DNA of 63,924 nucleotides, filler included, from Saprolegnia diclina VS20 (GCF_000281045.1; 13 parts of 4 records of this genome joined end to end with filler, not necessarily neighbours in it), one strand, 5' to 3'; positions 11,254 to 22,100 are shown, counted from the whole stretch's first letter. Notes: generated by a model from the sequence alone, not told the origin. Numbers and translations: made by a program.

Positions 11254-12930
11254 ATTGGGCACGAGTCGCGCTAGAGCGATGACTTTGGCGCACGAGACAA
11301 GCCTAGTGTCGTCAATGCACAGCGAGTGCCGGGCGTTGGCAGTCTCGCGTTGAAGCTCGCTTCGCGAGCATGCGACGATCCATACAGTGCGCGTTGCAGC
11401 GAGTGTCGAACTGCACGCACGCCCATGACGTAGCATGATGTTGGTGCTGCAGCTGATCGCATGCCACAGCGAGAAGAGGCTNNNNNNNNNNNNNNNNNNN
11501 NNNNNNNNNNNNNNNNNNNNNNNNNNNNNNNNNNNNNNNNNNNNNNNNNNNNNNNNNNNNNNNNNNNNNNNNNNNNNNNNNGGCTTCATAGGTGCAATCG
11601 CAAACTGCAGCTCAACAAGATCAAGATTCTTATCCAAGTGGTCGATAGCCATCGCTGGTCGCGAGTGTCAACGACCCATCAACCACTTCCGACGATACCA
11701 GATCGGAATTGACGAGCACGTCGTTTTTATGCGAGTTCGTGCTTAGGTCCCAGTTGCCATCGTCCCATCTCAGATCGTATAGGCAAACGGGTTTACTAGG
11801 CTCCTGAAGAGTGGGCTCGTAGAAAACCTCTTTTTTGTGGGAAAGTGAAATTGGAGGAGATGTTCTCCATTTGCAAAGAAGAAAGAGAGTGGAGTGAAAA
11901 TGAAAAGTTACATGATGGTGGTTAGAATGAATTGCGGAAGGAAAATGCAGTCGACGGACAAGGAGGCTGAGGATGTGTTCACTGAGTGCTGTACCAAGTG
12001 GAGAAGATGCTTGGCCTCGGGCTATGAAGCAGCGATGGAAATGCATGCTTTGGCGGAGCCTGAGATGGCGCGCTCGTTGTTGACTTTGAAACGTTGAAGC
12101 AAGAGCACTGACCAACCGAATCTTGTGTCGCTGAGCGGGCATACTTGCCGAACAACGTAGGTCGAATGGTGGCGCGAGGCGTCGACCGCGACCACCACAG
12201 TGCCTTCAGGCGATGCGCGCGCGTGCAGCGGCCGCGCCTGTCACAGTAGAATTGCTGGGCCTGCAAATCCGAGTAGCGATTCTTTGAACCACCTCATCAA
12301 CGTTATACACCCTGCAATGTTGATCATTCCGCGATGCTGTAGCAAGCTGTAGTGTCTTCTATGTGTGAAGCGTCCTGCTATGCAGTATTGGACCCGAGTG
12401 CCGAAACCATGCGAAGGTTGAAGCGGCAAAGAAAGAGCTCTTCCTGGTGACGGCTCTAACAATAACAACCCACATCGAAGCGAGATTGGGACGATGCACC
12501 ACCCTCACCGCACAATGGAATATGAATTTGACGTTGACACCACTGAAGCCGTACAAAGAATCCACCACCTGCTCCGTAGCGCAGCGGAGGTTGCATAGCA
12601 GTGTCGTTTCCGGCTAAAGGACGGTAGCGGCCCGCTGGGCACCGCAACGAAGCGGAGGTCGCGTCCGTCGCACGCATCCGTCACACATTCGCCATGTGAA
12701 TGCGTGTTTGCAGTAAGAAGGGTGCGTTGGACGTGCAAGAGCCCGTAAGGGTGGAAGGCATCCACATTGTCCAAGCTACGACACAGACACACCGCTAGGC
12801 TGCACGCGGCCCCGACACCAAACTGAAATCAAAAAGCGCGCCAGGACCTGCGCAAACCTTTTACACGAATCAAACCACTACGCATGCTACACAGAAATAC
12901 CGCTAGATGGCCCACCGGCCCTATGCCCCA

Positions 12931-13132
12931 CCTCAACCACAAAGACCAACCACACCCTGCCCCAAGAAAACCCGAGGTTTGGGGCAGAACTTCAATGCAC
13001 ATGATCCCGTCCACCGACGAGTCCAAACTACGTCACACATAGTACCACGATCCCACACTAGATTGCAAGCTACCCCAGTGCAAGACCTCAACCAAAGAGC
13101 TCGACCAAAACCTGCCCCAAGAAAACTCGAGG
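12931..13132 (+). repeat. Degenerate direct repeat, ~155-bp period
   Basis: cctcaacca...cctgccccaagaaaac[c/t]cgagg occurs at ~12931 and ~13086. Confidence 0.6.
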
Positions 13133-13243
13133 GTAACCCTCGTTCAAAGTTGATACACCATGGACACAACAAAGAGCGTACTCCGGTCAAGACTCAAAGG
13201 ACATGCGACCAAAATGTTGCGTGTTCAAATTTGGTTGACGCAT

Positions 13244-13371
13244 CTACCAGCAACGCCAATAGCAGCGCATGCCAAACCCGGGGTGCCAGTGGCAATGGCG
13301 GCGGCACCACTCGTGCCCGTCATGTCCCTCGTAGTCCTCTCGCATGTCCTTCATGTCCTTGTCCTTGGACA
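13244..13371 (-). CDS. Small secreted Cys/His/Trp-rich prepropeptide, copy 2 (5' end in gap)
   Basis: Translates SKDKDMKDMREDYEGHDGHEWCRRHCHWHPGFGMRCYWRCW*. Its 3' UTR matches copy 1 and 10175-10215. Confidence 0.72.
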
Positions 13372-13471
13372 NNNNNNNNNNNNNNNNNNNNNNNNNNNNN
13401 NNNNNNNNNNNNNNNTTAATTAATTAANNNNNNNNNNNNNNNNNNNNNNNNNNNNNNNNNNNNNNNNNNNN

Positions 13472-13768
13472 GTCGACGCCGACAACATTGCCTCCTGGTT
13501 CATAAACGGCATTTTGTCGGTCACGCCACCGCGCGGCTACGATTCGCTTGTTTCAGGTAGAGGTACAACGTCGATCCAGCCTCACGAACGAGATTTATAG
13601 CTTCAAAATGGGCCGGCGACTACTTTGGCCATCTACGAGCATGGGACCAAGGCGACGGTAGATGTTCCCGATGACATGCTCGTGGCTCTCGATACGTTTT
13701 ACGACCGCCACCTCGACGTCCGCGACAACCGCCGCCGACTCATCCAGCGCTACCAAGCGCTTCCTTAG
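13472..13768 (+). pseudogene. C-terminal end of another U-box family paralog, apparent 1-nt frameshift
   Basis: DNIASWFINGILSVTPPRGYDSLVS|intron|...AIYEHG...VPDDMLVALDTFYDRHLDVRDNRRRLIQRY aligns with the C-terminus of member 1, with the same intron position. Confidence 0.65.
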
Positions 13769-14185
13769 GCTTGTGTAAGCGCCACTGTGAGCAAGCGCGT
13801 CGTGTCTGCTCGGTCAAGTTGTTTCTTTAGAAACGAATGCGCATTGTTCCTTGTACGTAAGCTCTGCATGTGTATTCCTCTCTCAAGCTAGACCTGTGAC
13901 GTCGAATCGGTTGGACGCTCGGTCGTCCAGCGGTCTCTGCTTCGCGCCTCATCATTTTCTGGCAATGCCTCCAGACATGATGTTTTGAGCGCGACCTTTG
14001 CAGACGGTCGAGGCGTGGCAGGCTGCCACGTCACAGAGAAGATGCAAAAATACACTGTATGAAACACGCCATCCAACCTTACAAATAAAGCTCTTCAAAT
14101 ATGAGCATTTTGTGTTTTATTCCCTGTTTTAAACAAATCATATGGTGGGTGGACAGCCTGCAGGAAAGCACAGAGCAGCCGCAGC

Positions 14186-15443
14186 ATGACCCGCCACCTC
14201 GACTCGTTCGTGTGTCCGATCACGCACGACGTCATGGTTGACCCGGTCGTGACCGCCGACGGCCACTCGTACGAGCGGTCGGCCATCGAAGAGTGGATCC
14301 GCTCGAGTCGCGAGACGGCGCCCGGCGGCCAAGTGACGAGCCCCGTGACCAACTTACCGCTGCGCTCGACCCAGCTCATCCCAAACCTCGCGCTCAAGCG
14401 ATCGATTGGCGAGTACTGCACCAAACACAACGTTCTGCCAGGCTCGCCGGCTGGGTCGCTGCGATCACCCTTGCGGCTTGCAGTCGTCGTGCCGCCAACG
14501 TTGGCGCTCGCGCCCGTCGACTTGCCGCGGATCGAAGCGCTACCGCAGGTCGGCTACTACGTCTACCGCGCAAGCGTGACGCTGGCCATCTACTCGCAGC
14601 CGTCGTTTGGCCACCGCGTCTCGAGCGCGCATGGCACCGCCCTCGAGCTACCGGCCGGCGAGCTCTTTGTTGTGACCAAGCGGCTCTACAGCACCATGTT
14701 TGGTAACACGACCGGCTACGTTTTTCTGCAGCTCGGGGCCCACAACGACGTCGAGTTGCGCAACGGCTACGTCGCCGAGCTGGCCGAACAGTCGCCCCAC
14801 GCGCGCCTCGTTGAACGCGTGCCAGTGACGAACGAGGTTGCCGTGTACATGGCCGACCAGCCGTCGCCGTTCTATGCGCGGCCAACAACCCACAGCGACT
14901 CGGCGCTTGTGCGCCAAATGATGCTTCGGCGTGATGAGCTCGTCGCGACCGACTTGCGCGTGCATGATCCCGTGAGCAACCTGACGTATTTACGACTCGA
15001 CAACTCGGTTGGGTGGCTGCCACTGCGCCATTTGACGCGCTACGAGTGCACAACGCGGCGCTTGATCTTCCGCGTACCGTCGCCGACGCTCGTGTATCGC
15101 AACATCCGCACGGTACCCGAGAGCGTTGCGGTTGCGACGCTGCCGGCCGACTACCTCCTCGTGTCGACGCTGCACGTGTACCTCAACGCGTTTGCCTACA
15201 CGCGGGTCGTGCGGGATGACGTGACTGGCTGGTGCAAGCTCCGCCTCTCGGACGTGCTGCTCGAGTGCCCGCCACGCCTCGCCGAGAAGCCGCCCGGTCG
15301 GTCGATCCCCGTGGCGCTCCTCCAAGGCGACCAGTACCTCGTCTTGCTCAACGAAATCCAGGACGACGGCTCGATCACCCAGACGTTCCACTGCGAACTG
15401 CCGTATGCGATGGTCCGCCAGATCAACAACTGCATCACAAAAG
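14186..15443 (+). CDS. U-box domain protein, family member 2 (3' end in gap)
   Basis: SFVCPITHDVMVDPVVTADGHSYERSAIEEWI...SPVTN...PNLALKRSI. Shares PPRLAEKPPGRSIPVA and DDGSI blocks with member 1. Confidence 0.92.
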
Positions 15444-15543
15444 NNNNNNNNNNNNNNNNNNNNNNNNNNNNNNNNNNNNNNNNNNNNTTAATTAATTAAN
15501 NNNNNNNNNNNNNNNNNNNNNNNNNNNNNNNNNNNNNNNNNNN

Positions 15544-16827
15544 GTGCCGTACGTGCCTCCGTCCGAGCTCAGCGCGTACACGAGCTTTACGCTGGCGCAG
15601 CACTGGATGGGCCGGACGCGGAACTCGATCCACCCCGACTACCGCGTCGCCTTTGACATGATTGCGCTTGTGCCCGAGATTCTCGAGCGGTCCAGCAGCC
15701 TTGTCGCGATGCAGCGCCTCGACGCGCGCTTGGCAATGGCGCCGATTCCGCCTCGCACTTACAGTGCGGTTGTGTCGAGGTTCACTGCGCGCTGCGGCCT
15801 CCAACGACACGTCGCTCAGAGTCTATGCGATCTCGTGCGGTTCACAGCCCGGTACGGCTGGAGCAAGTACGTGGTCGCTGCACTGCGCGACTTGACCGAC
15901 CGCAGTGCGTTTGACGAGACGATCGCCATCACCATGCACGAAGTCCACGAATTTATGAAAATGTGCGACGTGGCCAAAATGGATGCGTACGCAAAAGTCC
16001 TCGATCTCGTTGCCGCCGATGACGCCGACGACGTGGCACCCACCGACGCTGTCGTGGCGGCCATTCGGCGCCTCCGAGCGCCCTTGCTCAAGGCGATGCG
16101 CACCCGGCGGGACCGCGCGTTCGACAATGTTTTCCTCAAGCCCGCCGACTTTGTGCTTCGAGCCAATGGCTATAGTGAGCACCGCCAGCGCGCCGACGAC
16201 CTCCGCGTCCACGGGTCCAACATGTACCGCGCGCTCTTGTTGAGTACGCTCGGTATCAATGCGTGGGATACGCCAGATATGGACGAGGACTCGCACTTTG
16301 CCGTGGACTTCCTTTCCTACCTGTCGCCGTCGGCCTCGCCGCTCGCTACGTGGTGGGATCCGAAGATGTCAGCGCGGGCACCAGCAACCACGCGGATCAC
16401 GTCGTGGGTCGACTTGGACGCAGCGTTCATTGTGAAGCGCAATCGCCCGAATGGCCATGTCGCCAATCACCTCATTGGACCCAGTAGCTCGCTTGGCGAG
16501 CGCCGTCGAGCCGCCGAGTACGTCCGCGCGTACGCTGCATTTTTCAGCCGGGACGTGCTCGACCAGATACTCGTCAATCGGCTTCTAGTCGATGACAGCG
16601 CGCAATCTACGGAGGACCGGGCCATCGTGCTGACAGCGCTGCGTCGCCGGGGCGTCGCCACGGACGCGGACGACGCATGGACCACCCTTTTCTACGACAG
16701 CGACTACGCCTTGCGTCGGGACAAGGTCCTCGCAGTATTCCAGTTTCTCGGCGTCTACAAGTGTCCTCCTGCCAATGGATGTGTACCAATGCCCGGTGTC
16801 GCGCTCTCGAGTGCCTACAAACCATAG
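15544..16827 (+). CDS. Hypothetical protein (5' partial)
   Basis: 427-codon open frame with host-like codon usage. No family recognised. Confidence 0.7.
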   Translation: MPYVPPSELSAYTSFTLAQHWMGRTRNSIHPDYRVAFDMIALVPEILERSSSLVAMQRLDARLAMAPIPPRTYSAVVSRFTARCGLQRHVAQSLCDLVRFTARYGWSKYVVAALRDLTDRSAFDETIAITMHEVHEFMKMCDVAKMDAYAKVLDLVAADDADDVAPTDAVVAAIRRLRAPLLKAMRTRRDRAFDNVFLKPADFVLRANGYSEHRQRADDLRVHGSNMYRALLLSTLGINAWDTPDMDEDSHFAVDFLSYLSPSASPLATWWDPKMSARAPATTRITSWVDLDAAFIVKRNRPNGHVANHLIGPSSSLGERRRAAEYVRAYAAFFSRDVLDQILVNRLLVDDSAQSTEDRAIVLTALRRRGVATDADDAWTTLFYDSDYALRRDKVLAVFQFLGVYKCPPANGCVPMPGVALSSAYKP

Positions 16828-17324
16828 CTAGTTCATAATTGTATGAAATTCTGATGACATTTTTGTGCATTTGCGCTGTCATTACGGTCACACCAGACCG
16901 TCGAATAGTATCACCAATCGCTCATACTCGTTCGGCGAATAACGTTGATGGCTCCCAAGAAACGCTTTGACTCGAACCTCGGTAGATTGTCCAACGGGAG
17001 AAACACTGAGAAAGGACGTCGTCTCCACTTGGACTGTGTTGGGCAACGGGCAACGTCGACAATGACCTTCCTCAAGCTCGGACGGAGCAACGGCGCGTCG
17101 CTCTCAGGATTCTTTCTTCCGCTGGCGCACGAAGTCGCATTGTATGCGCCGCCGCCGGTGCCGATTCCGATGATCCAAACGTGTCATGACGTACCGCCGC
17201 CCGACGTCGACTGCCTAGGTGGCAACGACGTTCGAGTTGCCCCGTCACACGCTCGTGTCGACGGACCTTGGCGACCTCCGTCTCGATATGCGCGCGTGTC
17301 TACTTGGAGTGTGATGATATGACG

Positions 17325-17500
17325 GCTGTAGTCTCGGTGAGCGGCGAAGACTACGTGTACGACCACGCATGCGTGTCATCGCATGCCGTCCCGGCTACCC
17401 TGTCGACGGCGTTAACGGGCTTTTACACACGTCATCTGGCACTGCGCGCGGCGCCGACTCATTTTGCAGTACGAAGCCGCTATGATGCATGCAGCACAGC
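17325..17500 (+). pseudogene. Degenerate relic of the U-box family last exon
   Basis: VSVSGEDYV...VPATLSTALTGFYTRHLALR resembles VSVTSRNRFV...VPATMRAHLAAFYARHVRVR. Confidence 0.45.
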
Positions 17501-17568
17501 AAACCCGCCCGATCTTTATCGAAAAATGCACATTTTGAATTAAGTTATGTGGCCCATTGCACTGGGTC

Positions 17569-18630
17569 TCAGACGCATTGTCGCTTGAGCGCCGGGAGCA
17601 TGGCGGTGCTGCGGACAGTGTCGTCGTCGCCTTCGTACGTCTCGCGCGACCGGCGACGTGCAACGCTGGCCGTCGCCGCGACGACCACATTGAGCGAAAG
17701 GTGCGGAAATGACACGCTCTCTTGCGTAGAAGTGACCAGCTGGGCCTTTGTTGCCGTGAGCCAGCCAGCGCGGTCGCCGCTGGAGGCCCGGACGACGTAG
17801 ACTTCGGGCACATTCGCTGAAAACACCAGCGTACTGCAAATCACTTGGCCTTTCTGCAGCGTCTCGAGACACGTGGCGACGCTTGGCGACGGGTTGGAGA
17901 CTAGCGTCGTGTTGTCATCGAGGGCCACAGCGTTGCAGTCACGAGTGGGAAACACCCGGAGGAGCTCGGTGGTCGAGACCCATAGCATCGATCCTTCGAG
18001 CCGGGCAAACGACCCACCGAGGAGATCGTGCACGTGCAAGTCGGTCGAGACGAGGTCGCCGTACGCCAAGGACCCGACCATCACCGTGGTGGGACCCAAG
18101 CCATTGTAGAGCGGCGTGGCGGCGAGAACGTCGTGGACGCGGAGGCCGGGCACCGGGGTCACCCGCGCCGCCATGGCAATGCCGCTGCGGGCCTCGTAAA
18201 TGTACCGACCAGCTTCGATCTGGAGAAAGATTGCGTCGTCTTGGCCGTACTCGCGGCGCGTTGCAATGACGAGCGCGCCCGTGGGCAAGATGTAGGGCGA
18301 CCCGTCCGGCTGCTTGGCGCGATGGGCAAACTGTGGCGACGCGCAGACATGGATGGGCTCGAGGAGGCGGTAGATGAAGTAGCCGTCTAGCGGCAGTGCC
18401 TCGCGGGCGCGGCTCGCTGCATGGCTCGCGGTGTACTCGTCGATGGCTTGCTTGAGCGCAAAGTTGGGCACCAGCAGCGTCGAGGCCAGATGTGCGTTCG
18501 TCGACGGGCTCGTCGTGTGCGTGCGCAGCCACGTGGCAATGCAGTGACGCTCGTACGAGTGGCCGTCCATGGCGACGACCGGGTCGGTCATGACCTCGTG
18601 CGAGATGGGGCAGACGAACGAGGCGAGCAT
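17569..18630 (-). CDS. U-box domain protein, family member 3 (shorter)
   Basis: SFVCPISHEVMTDPVVAMDGHSYERHCIATWL...PNFALKQAI followed by GYFIY, STDLHVHD and RLEGS blocks shared with members 1 and 2. Confidence 0.9.
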   Translation of the reverse strand: MLASFVCPISHEVMTDPVVAMDGHSYERHCIATWLRTHTTSPSTNAHLASTLLVPNFALKQAIDEYTASHAASRAREALPLDGYFIYRLLEPIHVCASPQFAHRAKQPDGSPYILPTGALVIATRREYGQDDAIFLQIEAGRYIYEARSGIAMAARVTPVPGLRVHDVLAATPLYNGLGPTTVMVGSLAYGDLVSTDLHVHDLLGGSFARLEGSMLWVSTTELLRVFPTRDCNAVALDDNTTLVSNPSPSVATCLETLQKGQVICSTLVFSANVPEVYVVRASSGDRAGWLTATKAQLVTSTQESVSFPHLSLNVVVAATASVARRRSRETYEGDDDTVRSTAMLPALKRQCV

Positions 18631-19013
18631 TTTGCGTTTCTGCGCCGGGACGGTCGCGCCCGTTTCTGCCGAGTATGNNNNNNNNNNNNNNNNNNNNNNN
18701 NNNNNNNNNNNNNNNNNNNNNTTAATTAATTAANNNNNNNNNNNNNNNNNNNNNNNNNNNNNNNNNNNNNNNNNNNNCGACAAGTGGCGGCTCTACGTTG
18801 GCACCACACGACCTTTAGTGCTGGCGCGGAGGAGTGCCGTGGACGGATATCCCTTGGGTTGAGCTCTTCTGCCCCACAATAATAATTTGGCCCAAGACGA
18901 ATAATCGATCGTCCGTCCCATCGCTGAGTCCAAGTGGACGGGAAGAGGTCTGGCCTTTTCGAAAGCTCACGCCACCTCTACAAATGATGCCAATACGACA
19001 TTATAATGTAATA

Positions 19014-19061
19014 AGTAAGGATACGGGAGGGTACTGACTCGGTCCCTCCCGTATCCTTACT
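19014..19061. repeat. Perfect 18-bp inverted repeat with 12-nt loop
   Basis: agtaaggatacgggaggg / ccctcccgtatccttact. Confidence 0.9.
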
Positions 19062-19183
19062 CGGTACTACCGAGCACGACATTGCACAGATAGAAAGACA
19101 TGCGATTGTAGTAGGAATGAAACGATTAAATTAGGAAATGGGCACAAGGCGTCGTCGTCGAAATCATCACGTCGTCGTCGTCT

Positions 19184-22100
19184 CTACTTCTTGCCGCGCT
19201 TGGCACGCTTCTCCGTGTTGCGCTTGTCCTTCTTCATACGCGGGTCCACAACCTTGGTCGCGCCCTTGTCGCCCTTCCGGAAGGCCTTCGAGTTGGCGGC
19301 CGTGCGACCACGACGCGACACGACGTAGAGCTTGCTTTCCTTCTTCGTCTTGGCCATCTTCATCGCCTTGTCAATCGCCTTGAGCTTCTCGCGCGTCGAC
19401 ATGTCGGGCAAGTTGGCAATGTCATTCGCCTTCTTCTTGGCGATCTTGATCTTCTTGAGCTGCTGGCGCTGCTTGCGGGCACGCGCCTCGGCCACCTTCT
19501 TGACCGGCTTGGTCGCCATCTCCATGAAGCGCTCCTTCATCTGCGCCATCAAGTGCTTGGGCACCGGAATCTGCGGGCGGTAATGACGCTCCTCGTCGTC
19601 CTGAAACCACTCCGGGAGGTCGGCCGCGTCGTTCCACGCATACCGGTTGTACGAGTTGTCGATGAGGTCCTTGGCCGTGTCGCGGCGCAGCATCATGTGC
19701 GCCAGCGCCATCGTGCGCGCGTGGTCTTCCTCGTCATAGTCTTCGTTGTCCGAGTCGAACTTGCGCGCATCCATGGGCGGAAGCTCCGGGTCGGCCTTGA
19801 CGACTTCAAAGTTGGTCGAGAGCGGCGTCGCGACGAGCGGCGCACCCATACCGGCCTTGATGAGCGCTTCCTTCTCATGCTTGCGCTTGAGCTGCTCGGC
19901 GGTCAACGGCGTCTTGTTGCCCTTCTTGTCGTCTTCGTCGTCGCCACCAGCATCCATGTTCTCGTCATCCGACGCAAGGCGCGCCAGCTCTTCGTCTTCG
20001 AGACGCTGCTTCTTGGCCGCACGGCGGTCCTTGCGTTCCGCGGCGTCCTTGCGCTTCTTGTGACGGATCTCCTTGTCCGTCATGGGCATGACGGGCACGA
20101 CGTCACCGTCCTTGTCGACAACGACCGTCGGCGTGTCCTTGACGTCTTCGAAAAGCTTGTTGCCCGAGAACCAGCGCGAGACGGCGGCCGACGGACGCAC
20201 GGGCTGCTTGAGCGAGACAACAAGCGGGTTCTCTTCAACGTCCGACTCGTCCGAGCTCTACTCCGATAAGAAATATAAGCGATTCGGTCGCATCGCGAAC
20301 AGAAGTACCTCCTCGGGGTTGATCATCTTTTCGTACGCTTCGTTGTCGCCGTCAAACATGGTGTGGTCTTCGACAAGCGCCTCGCCGGCGAGCGCGCGCT
20401 TGGCGACCTTGGAGCGCTTGATCGCCTTCTTGGTCTTGGCGCCATCGCCCTTGCGAGAGAGGTACTCGTCGTAGAGCTTCTCCATCTGCGACTCCATGAT
20501 CGCGGCCATGTCGTCATCGTCGTCGTCGTCGCCGTTGCCGTGTTCGGGCTCGAGGAGCTCGTCCGAGTCCGAGGCCGACGCGTACGCTCCATCGTCGAGG
20601 TCGTTGAGGTTGGACTTGCCGAGGCCGAGCTTCTTGAGGCTGAAGGCTTGGTTGTCGTCCGTGAGTTCGATACCCGCCTCGGACATGCCCATGGCCGCAC
20701 GAAGACGTTCCTTGGCCTTCTTTTCGCGCTCCTAATTGAATTATGGGGATCAGTCGCGTGCTCACAAGGGAATTTGAGAATAAAACTCATAATGAAATGT
20801 ATGAGCCACAAACGGTACCGCAACCACACTAAGAAGAGGGGGATACAGCTGAAGGATCAAGTTGCTATCGCTAGTTTCAATAGTCGGTCTGTTCAAGGAC
20901 CATAGCGAGTCGATGGTTCGCAACGACAAGGACTTTTGGATCAAGCAAAATACATGAAATGTGAAAATATGAAAAATACAGAAAAAAATGTACGACGACA
21001 CCGAGACGCCCCGTGCCAAGCAAGGACACGACGCAGCCTCGATATCGCCGACTCGCTCTAGGAGTTTTACGGGGGTCAGGAGGGTTAGTCCATGCAGTGG
21101 CTACAGATGCCAAGGACCACTGGGATAGACTCCAGGTATACACAGAGACACACATGCAGCTCATCAAGGACAGTCGACGCACCTTCTTCTTTTCGCGCTT
21201 CTTTTTGGCAAGCACGTTGGCGCGGAGCTGCGCGAGTTCTTCGCGGATCGCCGCGTTCTTCTCTTCTTCGGTCAATTCGACGTTGGCCGTGATGGTCGCC
21301 ACGACGGCCTCTTCTTCGGCGACCTCCTCTTCGCCTTGGGCGGCCTTGAGGAGTTCGTCGCGGTACACCTGCATCTTGGTGCGCCACTTGAGAAGGCTCT
21401 TGAAGTCACCCTTGCCGAGGACCTAAGATCGTAGATGTGGTGAGTGTGTGTCGATCGAAAGTGCAATCTCGGAAAGGCGCAACGAGGTCAGACATGCACG
21501 TATGCAAGCTCTCGTGCAGCGACCGCACCGGCTCCTGGTGGGTTGTCCCGCACTTAAGCGGGCGCCAGGACAACAGTGGATCTCCCCGACAGGTGAGTAT
21601 CAATCATCACACCGCATCGCGCCTTTTTGAGATTGCAATTGAGAATCCAAAGTACCTTGAGATCCGCCAGGCACGACTTGACCTCGGTCGTCGTCGCCGC
21701 GTGCTCCAAGAACATGGCGTCGGCCTGTTCAAACTTGAACGACGTGCAGTCTGTAAGGAGGCGGATCGGGTCGTTCGACTCGACAAACTCGGTGATGGTC
21801 TTGACACGCGTGAGCGTCTGGCCAAGATCGTCGTCGTAACCTAGTCAAGAGACACATTAGTCGCACGCTCCAACGTCACATGAAACTGAGGCAGCATCGA
21901 TCACGATACGCCTGCCGACGTAAAGCCGACGGCGCACCGCTTGACGTTGCTCTCCCAAGAATGCAAAGTAGAGAGGACGGTACCTTCACGGTGGCGCTTT
22001 TGCTGGCCGTACTTGGGGTGGAAGATCGTGAGGCCACCTTCGGCGTCCTTCTCGAGCGCCGAGAAGACGTGCTCGGGGTCGAGGAGCTTCGGGTCGATCG

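Noticed and set aside
11582..12830. Short ORFs as retroelement or recombinase remnants
   Set aside because: No RT, integrase or tyrosine-recombinase motifs could be identified.
21080..21090. CTAACCCT (minus strand) in the H/ACA candidate as a telomerase RNA template
   Set aside because: Only 8 nt, within a short intronic two-hairpin RNA with no visible pseudoknot; a chance match is likely.
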